Shown here piece by piece: positions 34,938 to 46,534 of a DNA stretch of 64,000 nt. Every line of letters starts with the position of its first letter. Position 1 is the first letter of the stretch. This DNA comes from Vairimorpha necatrix (Eukaryota), in assembly GCA_036630325.1 (NCBI GenBank), contig CP142731.1, positions 310,001-374,000 of the forward strand. Direction: 5' to 3'. The notes beneath the pieces were generated by a model. The model made no database searches, was not told the DNA's origin, and worked only from the letters and a program-made list of their open reading frames with translations. The position numbers and the translations under genes were made by a program.

Positions 34938-36214
34938 ATGGGTTAATTTTTTTCAATGTATACAATCCTTAAAATTTTGAAAAAATAATTTTTTAATTCA
35001 TTAATTAGACAATATATTTAAGTGTATATTGAAAAATATGTTTTTTACATGTTTCTATTACTCTATAATATAGAATTCTAGATTAGAGCAAATCTTATAA
35101 AAAATGTCAAAATCAAATTAACAAAAAATTTATAATTAAATAAAAAATTCATTTTTTGCTATAATTACATCTGTAGAAAGCTCAATAAATTTTATAAATA
35201 TTTTGTTTCAAGTGTAAATTGTTTTCACTGTGTATTGCAAAAAAAAACATATCAAATATCGACACGTTGTATGAATTGATACATTTGACATCTTAAAATT
35301 TACTAATTTGTAAAAACACTTGGAATAAAAAAACATATTCAAGGCTTTTAAAATAGAAAGATGCCGTTAATTCTTAAAATATGATTTCAGTTTTTATAAA
35401 AACAATAAACCTAGTATTTATACTAAAAGATCATTTGAAATAATGTTTGGGGTTAAAATCTATATTTTGATATGTTATTTAACTTAAAAGAATGTGCTGT
35501 ATTTCTTCATATGGGAAATAAACATAAAGATAATATTTTTAATATTGTTCGTATTCTTATTGCATATTGTAAAATACATCATAAATCATTTAAATCATTG
35601 AATGTGTATAAATTACATATCTTTGTTCTTTATAAATATTCAACTTTTTATGGTTATAGTTAAAATTAATAGATAAATGGCTCTTGATATATTTTTTATT
35701 TTGAGATTAGATTTCTATTTTGTGAGTAATTTAAAAATATTAGTGTCTATTATATGGGCTAAAATACATACAAAGTATCAATATAAGTGCAACTTGAATT
35801 TTATATTTTGTCTTTTTTTACATTGACATGCAATTATTATTGTTATTAATGCATATTTATTAAATTAAACCCTTACTTACAATTATAAACTTCATTTTTT
35901 TTGAAAACTAAATTAATTTTTTTTATAACTCTTAACTTTTGCGTTATGAGGAAATTAGTTTAAAGGATATTTTTAGAACAATTAAAGTCCTTGGTTTGGG
36001 CTTGTATGTGGATTTTTTGCAAATTTTATATTATGTGACTAAAATTGTTATACTTATTAAATCTAACTTACTCCGCATGTATTTTTAGTTAATTGTTCTT
36101 ATAATTGGTTAAAAGAAAAATGCCGACGTAGAAATGGCATGGAATCATCTAAATCGCTTCATCCATTGACAAAGGTCTTTTGTTTTATTTTTAAGCATAT
36201 AAAAATTTAGTACA

Positions 36215-36816
36215 TGAACGTTTGGAGCCCGCATTGAAAATTTAAGTGGACTTCACTATAAAAAAAGGACATAATTGGTAAGAACAAAATTTGTTAATCA
36301 AATGAGTTTTTTAAAAAATAAATAGATTAAAGTAGTTTAAAATTTTAATATGCAGAAACAGCGTGTGCCTTACGTGTCCTGTGGCTAGTAGAAATGCGTC
36401 TATTATTTGAGGATATGCAAGATAATGTATTACCAGTTCTATTGTGATCACTGATCAATGGTAGCATATGATATCGCATTAGACAAATCACGGGCATGGA
36501 GCACAGGGCTGTAAATAACGTCGTTAATTACATAAACTTTAAGGATCCTGGGACACAATACCAAACAAATTGAGTGATTTTAGTCTCTTGCTAAAAGAGG
36601 TATCCGGTCTAGGCATGGAATAAACCAGAACGAATACTAGCAGTACCTTTTACAGTTCGTCTTCTTACCAAATATCAAAAAATTAACGTTAAATTATCTT
36701 CTTTTATTATTCAAAATAAATTGTTAAGTCTCTTGTTGTATAATTTTTTTTCATTTCTCCTTTTTTTTAAATTTATAATGCGGGTTCATTTTTCTAATGT
36801 GCGGGTTGAACGGTCA
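36215..36816 (+). mobile_element. Degenerate Merlin transposon relic
   Basis: Remnant DNVLP.SIVITDQW..Y (36421-36470) and NFKDP...T.QIE (36535-36575). Weak inverted ends cccgcatt / aatg(t)gcggg. Confidence 0.55.
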
Positions 36817-37015
36817 TGTGACAAAATTTCATATGAAACATCTAATACCCTTATACATCTAAAACAAATCAATATTCCAAATCGCCAATAAAATTAAAAC
36901 TGTTTTTTGCTATGAGGTCTTTTTTTATAGAAAGCTACTTGTTAAGGGGAATATTTTCAATATTTAACTTTCATATTGTCTACGCAGATCAGAAATGCTA
37001 TCAATTATAAATTAT

Positions 37016-37965
37016 TTTTTTCCTTGCAAGTAAGAGGTAGGGAGAAACCTTACATAGGGACCAGAGGGATTTGGGCGTGATCCTCATCCAACTGGTACTG
37101 TGAGATTATTACTCACTAAAACTCCCTCCATACACTTGCCGGTGCAGCAAGCTCCGCCGTATCCATTGGACTTTATCTCTAGGAGAACGTTTTCCATTTA
37201 TACCTCAAATCGCGTCCAGAGTGACCTCACAGCGGATATACTTAACGGGCATGGTTATCTATAACCCGAGGAGATACATCATCGTACTGACTCAAAGGTC
37301 CCTACAATCATCCGTATTGCACACACGGCTCCTTACACGACCACATCCCCAGCCCGGCGGTTTTATTAGCTGCGTTGACCACCAGTCTCCCACTAGTTTC
37401 GGCCACCATGTTACAGAATCTTGTAGGATAGGGTTTACGAGACCTTCTATTGCCCTACTTCGTCTAGTCTCTTAGTTAGCTCTAGGATCCCACTCTAGAG
37501 TGCACCAGCCATGGGTTCCAACTGGGCCGTACCCATTAGATACTTTTATGTATCATTAAGTCACCAAAGGGCGATGCTGCTTTTTGGCCTTGAGGTGCGT
37601 TTCTACACTAGATGCTAATCCCCCTGTGGCTGGACACACACAAGTTTCATTGAATCAACTTAATGATTATCGTGGACATTTTCATCATCTGAGTTGTTCC
37701 AACTGCATCATAGAAAGTAGAAACAATTTTGGTGCCCCTGGGAATCGAACCCAGCCATTGCTCAATGGAAGCATTACATTCTACCACTGTGCTAAGGGCA
37801 CCTAACAATTTTGGTGCCTTTGGGAATCGAACCCAGCCATTGCTCAATGGAAGCATTGCATTCTACCACTGTGCTAAGGGCACCTAACAATTTTGGTGCC
37901 CCTGGGAATCGAATCCAGCCACTGCTCAATGAAGCATTGATTTCTACCACTGGGCTAAATGCACC
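37016..37965 (-). mobile_element. Full-length tRNA-derived SINE with a trimeric tRNA-Gly-like head
   Basis: Three tRNA-like units, an ~700-bp body that is GC-rich relative to the flanks, an A-tail (T-run 37016-37021), and an 11-bp TSD TTATAAATTAT at 37005-37015 and 37966-37976. Second partial copy at 8658-9080. Confidence 0.88.
37730..37965 (-). ncRNA. Three tandem tRNA-Gly(TCC)-like units (37894-37965, 37812-37884, 37730-37802; 82-bp period)
   Basis: A box TAGCACAGTGGTAG, B box GGTTCGATTCCC, T-arm CTGGG/CCCAG and acceptor GGTGCCC/GGGCACC. The anticodon arm does not pair canonically. Confidence 0.8.
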
Positions 37966-38489
37966 TTATAAATTATATAATATTGTAAAAAATGAACGTT
38001 GCCAATTGCAAGAACTAGTTATTACATACTTTTATACTAGTTTTTTTTACATTTTTATTGTAAACAATTACATAAAATGAAGTATTTTTTGACAAGTAAT
38101 AAACTTTTTTATTTTATACAGATTTGTTTATTTTCATCTTTATAGATCATATATTTGAAAATTGGAATTCACAAGTTGAACTTAAAAATTTTGCATTATA
38201 ATTTAACACATCCTGTTCAGAGGGAGCATTTAAAATATGCTTTAAAAAAGTCCGACATGAATAAGGGACCTGTATTCATAAACATAATCTGTAAATTTTA
38301 CGTATTTTTCGTGTCTGTTTAAGATTTTTTCTGAAGTTTAACTTAATAATTCCAGATAATATAATTCATTCTAATACAAATATATGAAGTCAACTTAAAT
38401 AAACATATTTTACTATTATTGGGTTTATAATATTTTTTCTGTCCATGGAGTATTCTGTACTGCAATATTCGAATCTTTTTGGTAAACAT

Positions 38490-38762
38490 TTATTTAGCAT
38501 TTACAATGCTTATCATTCTATTAATAAATATACAACAACAAATTAAAGATACTATGAATATTATTATGTTACTTTTAGTAATTGTAATTTGTTCGCTATT
38601 CCCAATTGTATTTTCTGTATTATTATTATTATTATTATTAGCATCTTCTATTGATATGCCATTATGATCTGAAATTTCTACAGTAAAAGGTACTACTAAA
38701 AAAACGAGATTTGAAAACAAAATAGTCAACAAGTAAAAGATAAAGTTTTTATAAATCTTCAT
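38490..38762 (-). CDS. Small membrane-anchored protein family, paralog 4
   Basis: MKIYKNFIFYLLTILF...TVEISDHN, poly-N spacer, hydrophobic C-terminus. CCCTATATG start. Confidence 0.8.
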   Translation of the reverse strand: MKIYKNFIFYLLTILFSNLVFLVVPFTVEISDHNGISIEDANNNNNNNTENTIGNSEQITITKSNIIIFIVSLICCCIFINRMISIVNAK

Positions 38763-40123
38763 ATAGGGCATAATCTTAAATTAATATATTCAGTATTTAA
38801 ACATTTATGCAATGTTTGAAAATAAATTGAATATCTAAGACCTATAAGAAAATCAGATCACGTGATACACTTGATAATGTTAAAATATTGTTGTTTTCCT
38901 GATCAAAAACTACATAGTATTTATCTCTAAAAAAATAAATAGTTGGTTCGAAAAAACAACAATTTGCTTTTAATTTGAGATATAAGTTGCATAATAACAT
39001 AAAAGAATCTAATATGAAAAAGGCTGCAAAATTTACGCATACATTTTAGTTCTACAGTCTATGGGCCTCGACACAATTTGTAAACCATAGTTAGAGACTA
39101 GTTCATATTTCTACCTTTGGTAACGTTTTATCAAGAAATCGATTCGGTCGTAAAAGATACAAAAACCTAAAATTAAAGTTTGCTCTTTGATCTAAAGGCT
39201 TGATATCAAAATCAGATGCTTTGGTACAGAATATATCTTCATACGCGTATGATTATGTTGTATTGAATGCACTATGTGGTGATTTTCTTTTCTTTTTTTG
39301 TTTGAAACAAAATATATACTTTTAATTAAAAAAAAGTATTTAATTGCTGTTTTTTTATTGATACTAAAGTCCAATTTGTATTTAAATTATAGACATTCCG
39401 TTTAGTGTATATTTTTTTGTTAAAAGGGAAACATCTATAGCTCTATTGCTTTGTTTTTTTAGTAATCATAAAAAAATATACACGTTTTACATTTTAATTT
39501 TAGCAGTCCAATAAATACTAAATATCATTAACACAGAACTTTAGTATTGATTTTTTTACATTTATTTATAAAGTTATCTATAATTTCTCTTTTGTTTTTT
39601 TTTACATGTCTATTATCCTTTAAAAATGAGATTTATGCGCAAGATAAATTTTTTTATTTGATCGGTCAATTTGATCATTCCCGTCCATCTTTTATGTATT
39701 GAAATATATATTTGTTTATTCTCAATATAGTTTTTTACTGTTAATTCTCTTTAAGGTGAAATATTTACAGTATTGATATTTTAAATCGAATAATTGAATA
39801 TTTCATTTTTAACTCAATCTTTTTCGCAATAGTCGAGCTTGAAATTTTTTGTAATTACTTTATTAATATATTCATGCTTTCTAAAGAGATTGGAATTTTA
39901 AATACTATTTAGTTTCGTTCGTTTGTAGTGAAAATTTGTTAGTATTTGACTGGCTAAGAACCAATTTAAGAATATATAAATATAAAGGGAAACAACTAGT
40001 TGCATTATTTTTTTAAATATTAAAATTTGCAAAGTATTTATAAAAAAATATTCATGCTGTGATACGATCTTACAATGCTTAAAATTATAATTTGTTAGTG
40101 AATAATTAAAAATTTTATCTAAA

Positions 40124-40375
40124 TCAGATTGATTCAATCAACAAGACCATTGCCACTACACTAAGAAAAATAATCGTCAAAACTGCAAAAGTAAAAAAAC
40201 ACTTCGTTTTCTCATGCACCTCCTGTGGTTTCGAAGTGTTGCTTTTTGTAAAAACATCTTCTGTTGATATGTCATTATAATCCGATAGTTCTAAAATAAC
40301 AGACTCCGATGACAAGATAGTTTTGGAAAATAGAATAGCTAATAAGTAGGACTCTATATTTGTATTTATGTTCAT
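40124..40375 (-). CDS. Small membrane-anchored protein family, paralog 5 (promoter displaced by the Helitron array)
   Basis: MNINTNIESYLLAILF...ILELSDYN...FFTFAVLTIIFL. The ATG is 1 nt from the Helitron CTAG end. Confidence 0.8.
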   Translation of the reverse strand: MNINTNIESYLLAILFSKTILSSESVILELSDYNDISTEDVFTKSNTSKPQEVHEKTKCFFTFAVLTIIFLSVVAMVLLIESI

Positions 40376-40376
40376 A

Positions 40377-41417
40377 CTAGCGTATGCTTTCCCGTTTTGA
40401 AAACGGGATCTTAATGTTTTGTTTTATAATATGTCCCGCCTCGGTGAATTTTGGAGAGTTTCCATTTTGGGATGATTGAATTTGACAGGGTAAAGACATG
40501 ATTTTTTAAATACTTTTTAGAGACATAGAAGATGTAAAGTTAAGTTAAAAACACAATTTAATCTTACTTAGATAATTTTAGGGCACCCAAAGCTCATTTT
40601 TGACACTTTTATTCTGTTTTTTCTCTGGTTAATATTTTAGTGAATTTTTTCTAGAAGGGTCAAATAAATTCTAAAAAACGATTCTGACGATATTTTGGAA
40701 CTGAGTTTAACAAAAAAACAATAATCAAAATTAAATGTATTAACACATAGTATACACACTTACAATAATCATATCGAAACATTAGATATAAATTTGATGT
40801 TTTTAATACACAATAAGTATGAAATAAGAAGTTTAGATTTTACAAAACCACAAAAAATAGGGGTAAAAAATTAAATAAAATTCTTTTATATATATGACTA
40901 GCGTATGCTTTCCCGTTTTGAAAACGGGATTTAAATGTTTATATTTTGATAATATGTCTTTCATCCTTAAATTTTGTACAGTTTCCATTTGGGGATAATT
41001 GAATTTGACAGATTAGACATGATTTTTAAAAATACTTTTTAGCAACATATAAGAAGTAATGTTGTTTTAAAACATTTAATAATCTCAATGAGATAATTTT
41101 GGGAAGTTCTAAGTTCAATTTTTGACGCTTACATTCATAATAATTATTGGTTAAATATTTTTACAATTTTTCGTAGAAGGGTTAAATAAATTCTAAAAAA
41201 CGATTCTGATGATATTTTGGAACTGAGTTTTCAAAAAATAATAAATAGAATAAAAAAGTATTAATATATAGTATCCGCACATATGATAGTCAAAATCCAT
41301 CATTAGATCTAAATTTGATATTTTTAATACACAATAAGTCTAAAGTTTATAGTGTAGATTTTACAAAACCACAAAAAAGAGGGGTAAAAAATTAAATAAA
41401 ATTCTTTTATATATATA
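40377..41417 (-). mobile_element. Two non-autonomous Helitron units head-to-tail (40377-40897, 40898-41417)
   Basis: Minus strand starts TCATATATATAAAAGAAT (the unit ending at 41417 lacks the C) and ends with hairpin CCCGTTTTCAAAACGGG, 10 nt, then CTAG. Confidence 0.92.
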
Positions 41418-44400
41418 CTAGCGTATGCACACCCGTTCTGAGAACGGGTTGTTTGTGTTTGCATGGGTACATGTTTTAATTTTATCACATTATGTTTATT
41501 CTTTAAAAAGATGGCATAGTTTCTGTACGCTCACGGCGCATTTTACCATCTTTTATCTTGTTTTTGTTGAAAAAAAATGGCATAGTTCTTGTACGCTCAC
41601 GGCGCATTTCTTCATCTATTGCTCTTATGAGCCAATTAGTTCATGTAGAACTACATTTTTGACATTGCCCCTGTTTCCCCCCAACTTGCTCTCAAGTTTT
41701 CACTCTTCTTCACTCTTGACAAAGCTACGTATAATTGACCATGAGAAAATACATCCTCAGGCAAATACACTCCCACTTTGTCAAAAGACTGTCCCTGTGC
41801 TTTATGTATTGTCATCGCATATGACAATACCACAGGAAACTGTCTTCTTTTAAGTACAAACGGAAGAAGAGTGTCACTTGGCATCATGTCTATCTTTGGT
41901 ATAACAGCAAGGGTGCCCCTTCCCCTTCCTGTTATTATTTCACCTAAGATGTAATTATCTTTAAGACCTTTTATCTTCAATCTGGTCCCATTTAATAATC
42001 CATTCTTAGGATCAATATTGCGTAACAACATCACTATTGCCCCTATCTTCAATACTAACTTATGTGGAGGTAGTCCTGATGGCTGTTGCATGTATAAGAA
42101 CTCAAGAGGAAATCTCAGTTGTTCTTCGATATCCTCTGATTCTATAGCATCAGAACTCACATATACCCTAGAAGATCCATTAAGTAGGTTTAACACTTTG
42201 GCATTCAATTCATTTGCATGTTCATTTTTGCTCGTTAAGATAATCTTATCAAACAAAGAATCATCACCTGCTTCAATTTTGATTGTTCCAAAAATGCTAT
42301 CGATTATGTCCCCTTCTTCAAGATATTCTTTGGGTATCTCCACACATCCTTTACTATCTCTAGTACGCCCCTCACCTATATCTAACAACCACTTATTAAA
42401 CTCCAATTGATTATAAGATCTCATATTCGTTTCAAGCTTTAGTACACAGACATGTACCCAAAGTCTTGAACTAATTAATGAGTTCTCGATGATATCATTT
42501 GGAGTACCCTTCATTACAATGGTTGATGTCTGTCTAAAGTCACCACCCAATAATAAAGTCTTCCCTCCAAAGATATCATTATTATTACAGAGTCTTTTAA
42601 GCACCTCATCTATTGCGTTCAATGCATGTTTTGACATCATTGAAACTTCATCTATTAGCAATAAAGAGGCCTTTATTATTTTCTCTGCTTCAGGAGTATT
42701 TCTTTTTAATCTAGATACGCTGGTCTCTGTCAAAGGAACAGGAAGTTTCATACAGCTATGCATTGTTCTTCCATCCTTTAGCAGATCTGCAGCAATACCT
42801 GTGGTTGCCATTTGAATTGAAGATTTCCCATTCTTACTTAGATACTCAATCAGGACATTGTATAAATACGTCTTCCCCGATCCAGCTGGTCCATCTAAAA
42901 AGAATAAATTGCCCTTTTTATCAATATTATCTGTTATTTTATCAAAAGCATCCCTCTGTTTTGCATTTAGAGAGGAGATCATCTGATCTAGATCTTTTCC
43001 ATTATCAGAGATAGTTTTTGCCTTCACGATATAGTTAATCGGCTCATCTAAACCCAGAGCATTTAGACTCCATCCATGAGCATTAACTATATCTTTTAAT
43101 CTACTAATAACTTCGTCTCTACTATTCTGATCTAGATCTTCAGACATATCTCCAAGATACTTATCAAAGAGTTTTTTGGTATTTTTTGGCTTATTAAAAG
43201 CACAAATATATCCAAACAATGCTCTTATTATTGCTGGGGATTCGGTTGCTACTGCCTCATCCAAAGCCCTTTCCCATTCTTTGTCATCTTGAAGAAGTCC
43301 TCTTTCTTCAACCGCTTCTGCAAAAGAACTATAAACTATACCATTTACAGTTCTCAAATCATCATATGATCTAGCCCCCTTTACATTGATCAATAGGACT
43401 CTGAGGCTAAATCTTTCCTTCTCTGTAGGAGATACAGAATAAAGTCTAGTAATTATCTTGCTGTACTTATTCTTTCTCCTTATCCATTCTCCCCTTTTAT
43501 ATGTATAGTGATAGGGTATCTCACTATATGCAAATTGATTTGCCTCTTCATCAACTTCATTCAACTTGAAGTAGGCTAAAAGAGGAGTCTGTCTAAGATC
43601 AGATAATCTAACAGCTTCCTCTTCTTTCCCTTCTTCGAAAGTGATCAAGTGTTCTTGTGGAAGATGCACAGGAAGTCTATGGATCTTATGAGATCTCCCA
43701 TGCATCTTGTATTCCATTAATCTCCAGGTAGCCTCTGGTGCTGAAACATATCTGGAATTCACAAAATGATCAATTTCATTGTTGTCAGTTATTCTCATTT
43801 CTGCACAATCAAATCCCTTGTAAATATACTTGAAAATATACTTAACTGACTTGATAGAAGTACAAACTTCTACATTGATATGACAGTTGTATTTTTCAAG
43901 CAAATAAGCATTATAGGGGACCACGTTAGCATTAGTAACAATGTTTCCCCTTACATTGTACTCGGTCCCTCTTATTCTTCGGTATTCAGGATATCCGTCA
44001 TTATTTATCTTTGTTTCAAAGTTATATTCTTTGGGATATTCTTTCGTGCAGACACCATTTTCCATGCATGGACTTGTCAAGTAACTTAATCCACATGGTC
44101 CATGAATCATATGTTTTGTTACACAGTTGTGTAACATCTCATTGTCCATGGGTGATGGTATTTCTGCACTCACATACTTATCTATTCTTTCTTCATCCCG
44201 AATCTTATCCTTTAACATTATCAATATGTGAGCATGAGGAAGTCCACGTTTTTGGAACTCAATGGAATAGACATGAGCCACAACTTCCCCAAATACTCTT
44301 CCTGACAAAATCTCCTCCATCATGCTTTTTAATTTCAAGTTAAAGACCTTTGCTACCAAATCAGGCCTATCAACTGCAGTTTGTCCCCCAAATAGATTCT

Positions 44401-46534
44401 CCTTTATCTCCTTCCAATTTGGATTGCAAGTCATAGTAATAAAAAGATCGGGCTTGCCGAAATTTCTTACGATAGACATTGCATCGTGGTATCTTTCCCT
44501 CATATTTCTTGGAGATCCCTGGAAGCTTGATGGTAAAATTACAGGCTTAGCATTACTTTCTATTCCATTATTTATATAATCTACTAAGCCTTTGTAAAGA
44601 TCTACCCTCAACTTCTTCTGATTTAACTTTATGAAGTTCAAGTTGTTTGCTTCTACTTGTAGATATGAATCTACAATCCATTGTTGAAACAACTTCCCTC
44701 CATAGAGTAAAGGATTGAACTTATCTTTTCTTATAGATATTTGTGCTACTTTATATTGTAGTAAAGATATCTTCTGTGATTCCCCATGATAAGACTCAAT
44801 CCTCAAATTTGCGTTCCATCCAGCTTCGCCATGTGGATAGAACAAAGTATATGTCATTGGATCTAAATGTGGACTTAAAATATCCAAATGTAAATTATCA
44901 GAACTAAGACCCTTGCTATATACTTTAATGTCCCTTTCAAATGGTGGTTCTCCATTTGGATCAGTAAAAATCATTGCGATTTCATTTGTTGAGGGAGCAT
45001 TATACCTTCTCTGATCCCTTTCTAAATTCTTATTAAAGACCATAGAAATGTCTTTAACTTCTTTTCCCATCTCCTTTTGCTCCTTTATTACTTCAGACAT
45101 ATTCTTGTATGCATTGGAATATGGATTGGCAGATCTTATAAATCCATCTAATTTGCTCATGATATATATATCACAATTTCTATTAGATGGATTCGTCATT
45201 CTTTGGGCATTTGCCATATCACTATCTACTACATATAATTGAGCATACTTCTTTGGTGTATTAGAGTCCATATTATTTACATTATAAGTGTTATGATACA
45301 CTTGACCATGTATTTTAAATACATATGGTCCATTGGATACAGTTTCTATTTGAGCACCAAGAGAAGCAAAAGAAAGAGCAGCATTGTAGGATCTAATATT
45401 GTCTCTGAAGTTTTTTGCATCTTTATTTTTTCCTATATATAAATTCTTAATGTCGTCTGGGAAGTCTCTTGTTCTTTGTAATTTAACTTTCCCAAAATGA
45501 CAGCAGCTTTTGTATAATCCATTACTGCTTGCTTCTCCAGCAAAATGTAATGCACCACAAAAGCCACATTCTTCTTTGAGATCTCCACAATAATGTTCGG
45601 CATGGTTTCTAGTACTGATTCTGCAAGCTACATCTAGAATCTCCGTCAAAGCATCCAAATTAGTGTTATTAATTCTCATGATTGTTTCTTCTGTTTCTTG
45701 GGCCGTTTTGTTTTCGCTAGAGAAACTGAATATAGAATTCCTTTTTTTTGTTTCTCCAGCATTTGTTTTTTTATTTTTAGTGCTATTTACAGATGTCTTG
45801 GCTTCATAGAAAACAACATTGTTGTTTTCAGTATTACTACTTATCTCCTGAGAGATAGTGACGTTTGCTTTGGGTTGCTTACTACAATCATTTTTTGTTT
45901 GATTTTTCGTAAACATAATGGGGGCAAAGAAAAAAAAAAAGTATTTATAGTTTTTAAAATTAAAATTCCATTTTGGGAAAGAAGAAAACAAAAATGAGAA
46001 AATGATTTTTTATAAATAGCTTTGATATTAGTCTAAATATTAATTAATTGAGTTTGTTATTCAGTTGATAAATTTCTAATGTTTGTAAATCAACTTTATT
46101 ATGTTTATTTATTTTGATCATATTGATTTTGATTTTCCATTTCTGGAAGGAAGAATTAAAAAGGAGAAATGTGATTTTTAAAAATTAAGTATATTATTGA
46201 ACCAACATTCAGTGGTAAAGTTAATTCAGAAACAAATATAAATTCAATTAAGTTAATTTCACACATTAGCAACAAATTTTTTAATATTTGTGTCACATTG
46301 TTTTTGTTTTCTTTTTCTAAAAGGAAGAAATTAAAAAGGAGAAAATCATATTTCTAAGAATTTCAAAAATGATTTAGAAATAAAATGTAAATAATGAAAG
46401 TGGTTGAAAATTGTCTATAAAATACAATTCAAGTATTCAAAATCAATTTTAGATCAAAATTAGCAATTTTATTTTTTTACCATTTTTTATATTTTAGGGG
46501 TAAAAAATTAAATAAAATTCTTTTATATATATGA
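41418..46534 (-). mobile_element. Autonomous Helitron (5117 bp)
   Basis: 5' TCATATATAT at 46534. 3' hairpin CCCGTTCTCAGAACGGG plus TGTGCATACGCTAG ending at 41418. Intact RepHel ORF inside. Confidence 0.95.
41651..45916 (-). CDS. Helitron RepHel transposase (zinc finger, HUH Rep, Pif1 helicase), ~1421 aa
   Basis: CGFCGALHF...CCHFG, PDLFITMTCNP, EFQKRGLPHAHIL, KYIFKYIYKG, GPAGSGKT, DEVSM, GDFRQ, TIHKAQGQS and GQLYVALSRV. Likely start ATG 45916 after CCCCC. Confidence 0.97.
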   Translation of the reverse strand: MFTKNQTKNDCSKQPKANVTISQEISSNTENNNVVFYEAKTSVNSTKNKKTNAGETKKRNSIFSFSSENKTAQETEETIMRINNTNLDALTEILDVACRISTRNHAEHYCGDLKEECGFCGALHFAGEASSNGLYKSCCHFGKVKLQRTRDFPDDIKNLYIGKNKDAKNFRDNIRSYNAALSFASLGAQIETVSNGPYVFKIHGQVYHNTYNVNNMDSNTPKKYAQLYVVDSDMANAQRMTNPSNRNCDIYIMSKLDGFIRSANPYSNAYKNMSEVIKEQKEMGKEVKDISMVFNKNLERDQRRYNAPSTNEIAMIFTDPNGEPPFERDIKVYSKGLSSDNLHLDILSPHLDPMTYTLFYPHGEAGWNANLRIESYHGESQKISLLQYKVAQISIRKDKFNPLLYGGKLFQQWIVDSYLQVEANNLNFIKLNQKKLRVDLYKGLVDYINNGIESNAKPVILPSSFQGSPRNMRERYHDAMSIVRNFGKPDLFITMTCNPNWKEIKENLFGGQTAVDRPDLVAKVFNLKLKSMMEEILSGRVFGEVVAHVYSIEFQKRGLPHAHILIMLKDKIRDEERIDKYVSAEIPSPMDNEMLHNCVTKHMIHGPCGLSYLTSPCMENGVCTKEYPKEYNFETKINNDGYPEYRRIRGTEYNVRGNIVTNANVVPYNAYLLEKYNCHINVEVCTSIKSVKYIFKYIYKGFDCAEMRITDNNEIDHFVNSRYVSAPEATWRLMEYKMHGRSHKIHRLPVHLPQEHLITFEEGKEEEAVRLSDLRQTPLLAYFKLNEVDEEANQFAYSEIPYHYTYKRGEWIRRKNKYSKIITRLYSVSPTEKERFSLRVLLINVKGARSYDDLRTVNGIVYSSFAEAVEERGLLQDDKEWERALDEAVATESPAIIRALFGYICAFNKPKNTKKLFDKYLGDMSEDLDQNSRDEVISRLKDIVNAHGWSLNALGLDEPINYIVKAKTISDNGKDLDQMISSLNAKQRDAFDKITDNIDKKGNLFFLDGPAGSGKTYLYNVLIEYLSKNGKSSIQMATTGIAADLLKDGRTMHSCMKLPVPLTETSVSRLKRNTPEAEKIIKASLLLIDEVSMMSKHALNAIDEVLKRLCNNNDIFGGKTLLLGGDFRQTSTIVMKGTPNDIIENSLISSRLWVHVCVLKLETNMRSYNQLEFNKWLLDIGEGRTRDSKGCVEIPKEYLEEGDIIDSIFGTIKIEAGDDSLFDKIILTSKNEHANELNAKVLNLLNGSSRVYVSSDAIESEDIEEQLRFPLEFLYMQQPSGLPPHKLVLKIGAIVMLLRNIDPKNGLLNGTRLKIKGLKDNYILGEIITGRGRGTLAVIPKIDMMPSDTLLPFVLKRRQFPVVLSYAMTIHKAQGQSFDKVGVYLPEDVFSHGQLYVALSRVKKSENLRASWGETGAMSKM

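Noticed and set aside
37730-37965. Functional tRNA gene cluster or CRISPR-like array
   Set aside because: Anticodon arms are broken, spacers are a constant 9 nt, and the block lies inside a TSD-bounded element in a eukaryotic genome.
37221-38080. ORFs overlapping the SINE
   Set aside because: By-products of higher GC and tandem repeats. No domain evidence.
40683-40805. Hammerhead-ribozyme-like CTGANGA...GAAAC plus hairpin in the Helitron short units
   Set aside because: Stems I and II do not pair, U4 has CTGACAA, and U2 and U5 lack GAAAC.
41425-45997. Many plus-strand ORFs within the Helitron
   Set aside because: Antisense shadows of RepHel.
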